The translations under genes were made by a program, and so were the position numbers. DNA of 64,000 nt from Oligoflexales bacterium (GTDB lineage Bacteria > Myxococcota_A > UBA9042 > DTJE01). Shown in pieces: positions 39,857 through 48,293 of the stretch; the first letter of the stretch is position 1; each line of letters opens with the position of its first letter. The notes under the pieces are model-generated. The model was not told where the DNA came from. It searched no databases and saw nothing but the letters and a program-made list of their open reading frames with translations. Location of the stretch: the NCBI GenBank assembly GCA_012840965.1, contig DUVQ01000098.1:2059-66058 (forward strand). Direction: 5' to 3'.

Positions 39857-42292
39857 ATGACCTCGATTGAAAAACTTGGCGCCTTTTATCTTGGTCGCCA
39901 TTGGGACCAGCTAAATCGCACAACTTTGGACGTGCCTGTAATGCTCGATTCCAGGGATCTGCTGACGCATGCCGTGTGTCTTGGTATGACTGGCAGTGGG
40001 AAAACTGGGCTTGGTGTAGCAATGCTGGAAGAGGCCGCGATTGACCAAATCCCGGCCATTGTTATTGACCCAAAAGGAGATATGACCAATCTGGCGTTGA
40101 CGTTTCCTGGGCTTGCGGGCCAGGATTTTGAACCCTGGATTGACGCCCAAGTTGCAGCCCAAAAGGGGGTGGATGTGCCTGTGCTGGCACAGCAGACGGC
40201 GCAGATGTGGGCAAATGGGATACAGGAGTGGGGCCAGGATGCGGCAAGGATCCAAAGGTTTAAAGATGCCGCGAGGGTGGAGATATACACCCCAGGAAGC
40301 AGTACTGCGCCTTTGTCCATCTTGAAGGCCTTTTCACCACCTAGCAGCCAAGTGATGGCAGAAAGCGATCTCTATGCGGACACGCTCTCGGGCACTGTTT
40401 CAGCGCTGCTTACCTTGATTGGCGTGGACCCAGACCCAGCAAAAAGCAAAGAGCTGGTTTTGATAAGCAGCATCCTTGACAGGCTATGGCGAAATGGCGA
40501 GGGCACAGACCTAGCTGGGCTGATTACGCTGGTACAAAACCCGCCCATGACTCAGATTGGGGTGTTTAATCTCGATATGTTTTATCCGGCGCCAGAACGG
40601 ATGAAGCTTGCGATGGCGTTAAATAATCTTTTGGCGTCGCCAGACTTTTCGGCTTGGATTCAAGGGCCGCCTTTGGATATCAATTCGCTGCTTTACACGC
40701 CGGAAGGAAAGCCAAAACTGTCTGTGATTTCGATTTCTCATCTGGATGACCAATCCAGGATGTTCGTGGTTTCTTTGGTTCTAAACAGGTTGTTGACTTG
40801 GGTAAGGGCTCAAAATGGGACATCCAGCTTGAGGGCCTTGTTTTACATGGACGAGATCTTTGGCTTTTTACCCCCAGTTGCCCAACCGCCTTCCAAAAAG
40901 CCGCTGTTGACCTTGTTGAAACAGGCTCGTGCCTTTGGGTTGGGACTGGTTTTATGTACCCAGAACCCTGCGGATATTGATTACAAGGCCTTGTCCAATA
41001 TTGGAATTTGGATGATTGGCCGCTTGCAGACCGAGCAAGACAGGAACCGGTTGCTTGATGGTTTGAAAGAAAACCCGGCCTTGGGTGATAGGGCACAGCT
41101 TGGGGGGTTGATAAGTGCCTTGGATAAAAGGGCATTTTTAATGCACAACGTCCATGATGAGCGACCTTACATTTTCAAGACCCGGTGGTGCTTGTCTTAT
41201 CTTGCAGGACCACTAAGCAGGGAGCAGCTTCGGAGATTGGTTACTACTGCCGAGGTCGTGCAGCCGGTAGAAGGGCCTAAGGCTGAAGCGGGTGTTGGGC
41301 TGGTGGGTGGTCAGGTACAGGCTGGGATCGGGGCGGGAATGCCGCCTGTGTTACCAGCTAGCATCTCGCCTGTTTTTTTACCGCCAAACAGTGGGCTGCG
41401 TGCTGACGAACCGGTTGTTTATCGTCCTTCGCTTTTGGCGTTTGGCTCGGTTTACTATGCTGATGCGAGGTATCGCCTTAATTTCGAAGAACAGGTGATG
41501 GCCTTGTTCGACGATGAAGAAAAACCTTTGATGATGGACTGGGAGCAGGCTATCAAAGTCGACTGTGCAGCAAGCGATTTGCGGCCATTTCAGCCTGTTG
41601 ATGGTAAGTTTTTTGTCCCTCCTGCGTGGATGATTAATGACAAGGAATACAAGAATTATGCTTCATCCATGCAAAATTGGCTTTTGCGAAGCAAGCGGTT
41701 GACTTTGTGGCGTAGTCCTTCAACCAAGCTTGTCTCGGCGGCTGGCGAGGCTGAGCAAGATTTTCGCCTTAGGCTGAAACAGGCTGGTCGTGAGGAGCGG
41801 GATTTGAAGCTTGATGCCATCAAAAAGCGTTATGCAACTCGTGTTGAGCGGCTGCAAAACCAGATCCGTCAGGCGGAAGATAAGCTAGAAAAGGAGCATC
41901 TACGGCACAGCAATTTGAAAAAAGAGGCTGCGCTTGCGGCTGGTAGAACGTTGTTTTCAGGGTTGTTTGGTGGTAGGGGGGCAATCAGCAAGGCCTCTAC
42001 GGCCATGCGTAAAAGCCAAAGAAGCGGTGAAAAGGCCAAGGATGTCGAACTGGCTCAACAAAGACTGGCGGACCTTCAACAGCAAGAGCTGGACCTGCAA
42101 GCAGAACTTAGCCAAGAGATTGAAAACCTGCAGGCAGCGCTTGATCCAATGACAGAGGTCTTGGAAGAAATCGAGGTTTTGCCAAAAAAGACAAATATAT
42201 CCCTGCACATGCTTACTTTGTGTTGGCTACCTTACAGCGTGAGTGGACCTGGGATTTTGAAGCCTTTGTGGTCTGCATCGAGAGATCAATGA
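39857..42292 (+). CDS. HerA/FtsK-clade P-loop ATPase (DUF853/YjgR-like) with C-terminal coiled coil
   Basis: Walker A LGMTGSGKTG followed by IVIDPKGDM. Later block ...RAFGLGLVLCTQNPADID...IGRLQTEQD.... No TM. Heptad-rich tail of about 200 aa. Confidence 0.65.
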   Translation: MTSIEKLGAFYLGRHWDQLNRTTLDVPVMLDSRDLLTHAVCLGMTGSGKTGLGVAMLEEAAIDQIPAIVIDPKGDMTNLALTFPGLAGQDFEPWIDAQVAAQKGVDVPVLAQQTAQMWANGIQEWGQDAARIQRFKDAARVEIYTPGSSTAPLSILKAFSPPSSQVMAESDLYADTLSGTVSALLTLIGVDPDPAKSKELVLISSILDRLWRNGEGTDLAGLITLVQNPPMTQIGVFNLDMFYPAPERMKLAMALNNLLASPDFSAWIQGPPLDINSLLYTPEGKPKLSVISISHLDDQSRMFVVSLVLNRLLTWVRAQNGTSSLRALFYMDEIFGFLPPVAQPPSKKPLLTLLKQARAFGLGLVLCTQNPADIDYKALSNIGIWMIGRLQTEQDRNRLLDGLKENPALGDRAQLGGLISALDKRAFLMHNVHDERPYIFKTRWCLSYLAGPLSREQLRRLVTTAEVVQPVEGPKAEAGVGLVGGQVQAGIGAGMPPVLPASISPVFLPPNSGLRADEPVVYRPSLLAFGSVYYADARYRLNFEEQVMALFDDEEKPLMMDWEQAIKVDCAASDLRPFQPVDGKFFVPPAWMINDKEYKNYASSMQNWLLRSKRLTLWRSPSTKLVSAAGEAEQDFRLRLKQAGREERDLKLDAIKKRYATRVERLQNQIRQAEDKLEKEHLRHSNLKKEAALAAGRTLFSGLFGGRGAISKASTAMRKSQRSGEKAKDVELAQQRLADLQQQELDLQAELSQEIENLQAALDPMTEVLEEIEVLPKKTNISLHMLTLCWLPYSVSGPGILKPLWSASRDQ

Positions 42293-42312
42293 TTATGCTG
42301 AGTTAGTTGGTA

Positions 42313-43530
42313 TCAGACTCTGTTTAGAAGGTGCCCCATTCTGGTTTTTTTAGTTGCAAGATAGCGCAGAGCTTTGGGGCCTCGTGCTGGGATTTCAATA
42401 GGCACTCGCTCAACTATTTCAAGGCCGTACCCGGCTAGTCCAATGATTTTTTGAGGGTTGTTGGTCAGCAAGCGCATCTTTTTGATGCCCAGGTGCGCCA
42501 GGATCTGGGCGCCAATCCCATAGTCTCGAAGATCGGGGGCAAAACCAAGGTGAGTGTTGGCGTCGACTGTATCGAGACCTTGGTCTTGGAGTTCATAGGC
42601 TTTGAGTTTGTTCAGGATGCCGATGCCGCGCCCTTCTTGTCGAAGATAGAGCAGGACTCCGCCTTCTTTGGAAATCTGTTCAAGGGCGGCTTTCAGTTGT
42701 GGGCCGCAATCGCATCGTCTGGAGTGAAAGACGTCACCAGTTAGGCATTCAGAGTGGACCCTTACAAGGATAGGGGTGTTGCTGGAAATATCGCCTTTTA
42801 CCATGGCGATGTGGGCGGCTTGTGCGACTGAATCTTCGTAGACAATGCTTTTAAATTCGCCGTGTTCTGTTTGAACTGTGGTTGTACCTACTGGGCGTAC
42901 CAAAAGTTCTTTTCGCATCCTGAAGGCGATTAAGTCTTGGACTGTGATTATTGGGATGCTTTTTTCCTGGCCGAGGGCAAGTAGGCTGTCCAAGGTCGCT
43001 GCATCGCCGTTGTCGTCAAGTACCTGACAGATTACTGCTGCGGGTTTTAGTCCTGCGAGTCTGGCGAGGTCGACGGCTGCTTCGGTTTGGCCGGCTCTTT
43101 TTAGGACGCCGCCTGGTACGGACCGCAGGGGGAAGACGTGGCCTGGGACTACAAAGTCGTCTAGGACGGCGTCGTCGTGAAGTAGTAGTTCGACAGTTTT
43201 GGCTCTGTCAAAGGCGGATATGCCGGTGGTGGTGACAGCGCGGCCGTCGACTGAGACTGTGAAGGCGGCTTGGAAGTGGGCGGTGTTTCTTTGGACCATC
43301 ATTGGGAGGCCAATTCGATCAATCATGTCGTGGCTCATGGCGACGCAGACTAGGCCGCTGGCGATTTTGGTTATTTCATTGATAATCTCAGCGGTTGCCA
43401 TTTCTGCGGCGACGATTATATCGCCTTCATTTTCGCGACTTTCGTCGTCGACGACGATGACCATGCGGCCCATTCGTAGGGCTTCAATTGCAGATTCAAT
43501 TGACGAGGTAATTCTTACAGCATCAACCAT
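42313..43530 (-). CDS. ribBA: bifunctional 3,4-dihydroxy-2-butanone-4-phosphate synthase / GTP cyclohydrolase II
   Basis: ...[22 protein letters not shown]... (RibB) plus a C-terminal GTP cyclohydrolase II domain. Start at the internal Met MVDAVRIT.... Confidence 0.85.
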   Translation of the reverse strand: MVDAVRITSSIESAIEALRMGRMVIVVDDESRENEGDIIVAAEMATAEIINEITKIASGLVCVAMSHDMIDRIGLPMMVQRNTAHFQAAFTVSVDGRAVTTTGISAFDRAKTVELLLHDDAVLDDFVVPGHVFPLRSVPGGVLKRAGQTEAAVDLARLAGLKPAAVICQVLDDNGDAATLDSLLALGQEKSIPIITVQDLIAFRMRKELLVRPVGTTTVQTEHGEFKSIVYEDSVAQAAHIAMVKGDISSNTPILVRVHSECLTGDVFHSRRCDCGPQLKAALEQISKEGGVLLYLRQEGRGIGILNKLKAYELQDQGLDTVDANTHLGFAPDLRDYGIGAQILAHLGIKKMRLLTNNPQKIIGLAGYGLEIVERVPIEIPARGPKALRYLATKKTRMGHLLNRV

Positions 43531-43606
43531 GAACGAACTCCAAAGCAGGTCCCAAACAAGGCGCGAGATGATACCACGCACCATCGATCACGACAAAACT
43601 GGTCTT

Positions 43607-43646
43607 GCCCCTGGTTTTGGCCCTGGCCCTGTCCCCTGCCCCTGCT
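43607..43646 (+). repeat. C-rich repeat copy R6 (G-rich on the ribBA-sense strand)
   Basis: cccctggttttggccctggccctgtcccctgcccctgc, inside the ribBA 5' leader. Confidence 0.8.
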
Positions 43647-43649
43647 ACA

Positions 43650-43980
43650 GATCCTGCTAATTTGTCTGTTATGACTCCTGATTGTTTGTTCTTTTTTGCG
43701 TTTGATCTCTTCGTTACAGTTGTAAAACACGTCCCGGGGGCATCCTTCCGGACCCAAAATCTCCCGTAGCCACCCCGACTGTCTCTTAGTGACATCGTCC
43801 GGGCGAAATACACGATTGCTAATGTGTACGTTTATCCTTTTGGCCCGGACGGAGTGCTGCGCACTCTTCAAGTCACCTAAGAGACGTCGGGTCCCGGCAA
43901 CTCCCGATAGCGCCCTCCAGGATTGCCCCCGGACCATGTTGCAGGGTGCCCTCTCGACCTTCTTTTAGCTCCAAATCCCG
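43650..43980 (-). other. structured non-coding region upstream of ribBA (candidate cis-regulatory RNA; family unassigned)
   Basis: Long-range inverted repeat cccgggggcatcc (43731-43744) / ggattgcccccgg (43921-43934), plus internal helices GTCCGGGC...GCCCGGAC (43797-43850) and GAGTGC-tgc-GCACTC (43850-43866). Not coding in any frame. Strand assumed from ribBA. Confidence 0.3.
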
Positions 43981-43984
43981 CTAA

Positions 43985-44040
43985 ACAGTACGATCATTTC
44001 CCTGCCTCCTGTTCCCTGCCTTCTCTGTCCCTGCCAAGAC
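43985..44040 (+). repeat. C-rich repeat copy R7
   Basis: ccctgcctcctgttccctgccttctctgtccctgcc. Confidence 0.75.
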
Positions 44041-44146
44041 TAGGCGGGTACGGTTTGGCGGTCGGTAATGATTGAGTTCAGGTTCGACATGTGCTATCAC
44101 CAAGCATCGGGTTTGGAATGGACCGTTGATTCTGTAGGGGTCGTTA

Positions 44147-45352
44147 ATGCGGGTCTTGCGATATTTGGCTGTACTTTCGCTAGTTTTCGCTATTATCGCG
44201 ATGATTGGTTGTGACGATTCTGCCCATCGAGCCCATGTTTTGGGGGGAGTGCCGCTGCCTTCTGATGATGAGCCGGATATCGTGTCAAAGCCTGATGAGG
44301 GCGGCGATACTGATGAGGGTTTTGATGTCGATTCATTGTGCGTGCCGGAGTGTGGGGACAGAGTCTGTGGCCCTGATCCCGTTTGCGGCAAGTCGTGTGG
44401 CACCTGTGATGCTTCCACAACTTGCAATTCTCAAGGCCAGTGTGAGTGTGTGAGAGACTGTACCGGTCGCGTTTGTGGTCCGGACCCTGTTTGTGGCGAG
44501 CCGTGTGGGGCTTGTGATGAAAACTGGGTCTGTGTTCTTAGTGGCAAGTGTATAGCCCCAACAGCCGACTGCAGCAACGGGTGGTGTTTGATTCCGTCAG
44601 GCACCTTTAAGATGGGTTCTTTAGGAGATGATCCTTACCGTGAACTTGATGAGGGGCCTGTTCATTTGGTCACGATTTCCCGCTCTTTTTACATGGCGCA
44701 GACGGAAGTCACTCAGGGCCAGTGGAAGTCCTTGATAGGCAACAATCCTTCTGAACATAGTGCCTGTGGGGATAACTGCCCTCTTGAGAACGTTAATTGG
44801 TATGAAGCCGTTCATTATGCAAATGCGCTTTCTGAGAGGGAAGGTTTTGAAACCTGTTACACGTTGAATGGTTGCAGTGGTACTGTCGGTTCTGGGGAAA
44901 GTAAGAACAATCTCTATCAATGTACGGTCACTTTTAAGGGACTTGGTTGTGCAGGTTATCGTTTACCAACCGAGGCCGAGTGGGAATATGCAGCCCGTGC
45001 TGGTACTTCTGGGCCTAGGTATGGCGAAATTGATGCCACAACTTGGTATTGGAACAACAGTTCAAACACTAGTCATCCGGTGGGTGGAAAGGCGGCAAAT
45101 TCCTGGGGCTTATATGATGTGCTGGGCAATGTATTTGAGTGGGTTTACGACTTTTACAGCGAGGACTACTACAGCACTTGTTCATCCAACTGCACAGATC
45201 CAACCGGACCTGCGACAGGCTTTAACCGGGTAAATCGTAGTGGCGGTTGGGGCAGCGACGAAAGCCGTACACGCGTGGTTTTTCGCAACAACTACTCGCC
45301 TGACGAACGCCGAGTCTATTTGGGTTTTCGTTTGGTGAGGTCCGCGCCCTAG
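44147..45352 (+). CDS. lipoprotein with two Cys-rich CxxCxxRxCGxDxxCGxxCGxC modules and a C-terminal FGE-sulfatase (SUMF1-like) domain
   Basis: Lipobox AMIGC. Modules CVPECGDRVCGPDPVCGKSCGTCD... and CVRDCTGRVCGPDPVCGEPCGACD.... FGE motifs ...HLVTISRSFYMAQTEVTQGQW..., YRLPTEAEWEYAARAG, ...GNVFEWVYD.... Confidence 0.75.
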   Translation: MRVLRYLAVLSLVFAIIAMIGCDDSAHRAHVLGGVPLPSDDEPDIVSKPDEGGDTDEGFDVDSLCVPECGDRVCGPDPVCGKSCGTCDASTTCNSQGQCECVRDCTGRVCGPDPVCGEPCGACDENWVCVLSGKCIAPTADCSNGWCLIPSGTFKMGSLGDDPYRELDEGPVHLVTISRSFYMAQTEVTQGQWKSLIGNNPSEHSACGDNCPLENVNWYEAVHYANALSEREGFETCYTLNGCSGTVGSGESKNNLYQCTVTFKGLGCAGYRLPTEAEWEYAARAGTSGPRYGEIDATTWYWNNSSNTSHPVGGKAANSWGLYDVLGNVFEWVYDFYSEDYYSTCSSNCTDPTGPATGFNRVNRSGGWGSDESRTRVVFRNNYSPDERRVYLGFRLVRSAP

Positions 45353-45393
45353 TCTCCTGCCTCCTCTCCCCGTCCCTGCCCTCGCCCTCGCGC
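45352..45393 (+). repeat. C-rich repeat copy R8
   Basis: gtctcctgcctcctctccccgtccctgccctcgccctcgcgccgcc, directly after the stop. Confidence 0.75.
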
Positions 45394-45467
45394 CGCCAAG
45401 CCTCTTGCCATTTCACACCTTGTGCTGTAAAATCGCGCTCCCTTTTGGCCTAGGATATAGAGGGGAT

Positions 45468-47285
45468 ATGCTTGGACTTTTGCGAAAATACTCCCAGTCG
45501 GTGATTATCTACGTTCTTTTCGGGATCATCATCATTGTCTTCGTCTTTACCTTCAATATGGGCGGAGCTGGCGATTCTGGTTGTGGACAGGCTGGTAGCT
45601 CTCCAGCTTCTGTCTTGGTTGAGCTGGATGGCCAAAATATTGATTCTTCGTTGCTTTACATGGGGTTGGCGCTGACCTTGGACCCGCCTTCTCCTGCAAA
45701 GATGTTTAGTCCTGCTGGCTACCAAGAAGAGATGATGTACCGATCAACTCGTTTCTTTAGGTTTAAGGGTGAGCCAGGTTTTATGCTGTATAACCAGGAC
45801 CCTAGGCAGGTTGCTTCTGTTAAGGTCAGGAAGGTTGCGGATGACCTGATCGAAACGATCCTGGTGTCCGAGGTGGCCCAGGCAAATGGTCTAAGAGCTA
45901 CCCCTGATGAAATCCGGGCTCGCGTGCTAAAAGAGTTTACAGACCCTTCGACTGGTAAATTCCGTAAGGATTCCTATCAAAACTTCGTGCGTTATGGCCT
46001 GCGAACCACTTTGGGTCGGTTTGAGGACTTTGTTCGGCGTGAAATCCTGCGTGAGCGCATGATTGAAATGATTACTGCGCCAGTGGTTGTGACCGAACGT
46101 GAGGCAACTGAGGCCGCAATTCGTGCCAGCAATACTCGTTCGTATCGTTACTTGGAAATTTCCCCGACGCTTTTGGCTGAAGCCATGCAGCCAACTTTGG
46201 CTGAGGCTCAGGAATGGCTTGCAAATAATGAGGCCGCCGCCAAGAAATTCTTTGAGGATAACGAGGCCTCTTATCAGATTCAGACAGGGTACGACATTTC
46301 GATGCTCAAAAAATCTGCCGCATCCAAGCGCATGATGGCCGCTTTTGAAGACCCGGAAACCCGCCAGGCCATGGCTGCAGGTCGCGCTGATGCAAAGCAT
46401 GCGGCAGAGGCCTTGTTGGCTGAACTGGAAGGCGCCGCTACTGGTGATCGCGCCGCCACATTTGAACGCTTGGCAAAGGCTTCTTCCGATGATTCCTCTA
46501 CCAAGGACAATGGTGGCCGCTATCAGACGGCTCTTGAGCTTGCAACCATCTCCGCTTTACTTGATCCGGCAGTTGCAAACGCAATCAGTCAGATGGCGCC
46601 AAACGAGATGACCAAGGTCATCGAAGGTGACTCTGGCTACTACATTGTCTATTTGCATGGCATTCGTCCTGCGCAGGCCAGAGGATTTGACGACGTCAAG
46701 AACTCAATCGCGCTCGAATTGCTGGCGCTGGAGCGGGCAAAAGGAAAGGCTGACTCGGTTGCAAATGATGCTTTAGCGAAAGTCCAGGCCAATGCCGAGA
46801 TGCCAATGGCCGAGATTGCGGCGCAGATTAACTCGCAATTTGCCCCACACAACCCCGTTAGGTTTGGCGAAACAGGCGATATGCCAGACATGCCAACCGG
46901 CCTTACAACCTTGGTTAGCTGGAATCCAGATGACATCCCTGGTATCGGTAACAATCCAGAGCTTGCAAAGAAGATTCGCACCCTGACCATTGAAAAGCCT
47001 GTGCTGCCAGACATTGAGCGCGTTGGTGATAGCCAATTCATAATCCGCCTTGAGTCTGCAGTTGTGCCTAGCGGGCCTGATGCCGAGGCAATCGCAAAGG
47101 TTAAGGAAGAGCTTTTACCTTTGAAGCGCCAAGCCGTTTACCACGAATGGTACGCCGCATTGAAGGCCAAGGCCGCCAAGGATGGGAACTTGGTGGAAAA
47201 GGCCACATTAAGCAAGATAGTTGAAGAAGAAGTCAGAGCCCGCAACGAAGCTATTCAAAGCCTGATATCAAAAGGCTCAGATTAG
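45468..47285 (+). CDS. PpiD-like periplasmic chaperone / peptidyl-prolyl isomerase (SurA-N + rotamase)
   Basis: N-terminal MLGLLRKYSQSVIIYVLFGIIIIVF (PpiD-type anchor). Rotamase-like ...VIEGDSGYYIVYLHGIRPA.... RBS GAGGGG. Confidence 0.65.
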   Translation: MLGLLRKYSQSVIIYVLFGIIIIVFVFTFNMGGAGDSGCGQAGSSPASVLVELDGQNIDSSLLYMGLALTLDPPSPAKMFSPAGYQEEMMYRSTRFFRFKGEPGFMLYNQDPRQVASVKVRKVADDLIETILVSEVAQANGLRATPDEIRARVLKEFTDPSTGKFRKDSYQNFVRYGLRTTLGRFEDFVRREILRERMIEMITAPVVVTEREATEAAIRASNTRSYRYLEISPTLLAEAMQPTLAEAQEWLANNEAAAKKFFEDNEASYQIQTGYDISMLKKSAASKRMMAAFEDPETRQAMAAGRADAKHAAEALLAELEGAATGDRAATFERLAKASSDDSSTKDNGGRYQTALELATISALLDPAVANAISQMAPNEMTKVIEGDSGYYIVYLHGIRPAQARGFDDVKNSIALELLALERAKGKADSVANDALAKVQANAEMPMAEIAAQINSQFAPHNPVRFGETGDMPDMPTGLTTLVSWNPDDIPGIGNNPELAKKIRTLTIEKPVLPDIERVGDSQFIIRLESAVVPSGPDAEAIAKVKEELLPLKRQAVYHEWYAALKAKAAKDGNLVEKATLSKIVEEEVRARNEAIQSLISKGSD

Positions 47286-47450
47286 CAGCCCAACTAAGCC
47301 CCACCGACTTGTTATAAATTCATGCAAGCTTCACAAAGTTTGATCTTCTGCCCCCTCCATGTGCTTTATTGGTTTTAATTAAACCTAAGTAATGTTAAAC
47401 ATGCTGGCCTCGCTGTGTCAGGCGACTGTGGACCTAGTTTGGAGGTGACC

Positions 47451-48293
47451 ATGCCAAAGGTATTTGAGAACCATGAGATTGCTAAAGACGTATATCGCAT
47501 GGTGGTTGAAGCGCCGGATGTGGTGAAGTACCGCAAGGCGGGACAGTTTGTGATGGTGCGCCCTGGAGCGGGCCATGAACGCATCCCCTTGACTATTGCT
47601 GATGCAGACAAGGAAAAAGGGACCATCACCTTGATTTATCAGGTTGTGGGTAAGACCACCATTGAAATGAGCCGAATTGAAGCAGGTGGCGAGATATCAG
47701 ATGTGGCCGGCCCCTTGGGTATGCCAACTCACATCAGCAAAGTCGGCACCGTGGCCATCGTGGGCGGCGGGATCGGTGTGGCGCCTTCGCATCCAATTGC
47801 CCAGTCGATGCGGGCCGCAGGCAATGAAGTTATCGCAATTATGGGTGCGCGAAATAAGGACCTGATCATCATGGAGCCTGAGATGAGGGCCGCCAGTGAT
47901 GAAGTGGTCATCGTCACCGATGATGGGTCATATGGTGAAAAAGGCTTTGTTACAGACGCCTTAAAGCGCCTTCTTGATGCGGGCCGTAAGATAGATTTGG
48001 TGGTCGCAATTGGGCCGCCCATCATGATGAAAATGGTCTCCAAGCTTACCAAGGAGTACGGTGTTTCGACGTTGGTCAGCTTAAACACCATCATGGTCGA
48101 TGGGACTGGGATGTGTGGTGGCTGCAGGGTGACAGTGGGTGGTGAAACCAAGTTTGTGTGTGTTGATGGGCCTGAATTTGATGGCCACTTGGTTGATTTT
48201 GACGAGATGATGAGGCGCCAGAAGATGTATTCGCGGCATGAGGCCGAGTCTAGGCATCTGTGTCGTTTGGACGGGGGGACAAGTCATGGCTGA
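47451..48293 (+). CDS. PyrK-like FAD/[2Fe-2S] oxidoreductase subunit (NfnA/SudB-like)
   Basis: Ferredoxin-NADP reductase-like fold. C-terminal CGGCRV cluster motif. GGAGGT RBS before the ATG at 47451. Confidence 0.7.
   Translation: MPKVFENHEIAKDVYRMVVEAPDVVKYRKAGQFVMVRPGAGHERIPLTIADADKEKGTITLIYQVVGKTTIEMSRIEAGGEISDVAGPLGMPTHISKVGTVAIVGGGIGVAPSHPIAQSMRAAGNEVIAIMGARNKDLIIMEPEMRAASDEVVIVTDDGSYGEKGFVTDALKRLLDAGRKIDLVVAIGPPIMMKMVSKLTKEYGVSTLVSLNTIMVDGTGMCGGCRVTVGGETKFVCVDGPEFDGHLVDFDEMMRRQKMYSRHEAESRHLCRLDGGTSHG

Noticed and set aside
43650-43980. Calling the ribBA leader an FMN riboswitch or an SRP/4.5S RNA
   Set aside because: The position suggests an FMN riboswitch and a GGUCC-GGAA-GGA hairpin looks superficially SRP-like. 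I could not find the RFN core motifs (GGUGAAAUUCC, CGGCGGUA, AAGUCUGGAUG) or the SRP AGCAGCCAAGG strand. Reported only as an unassigned structured region.
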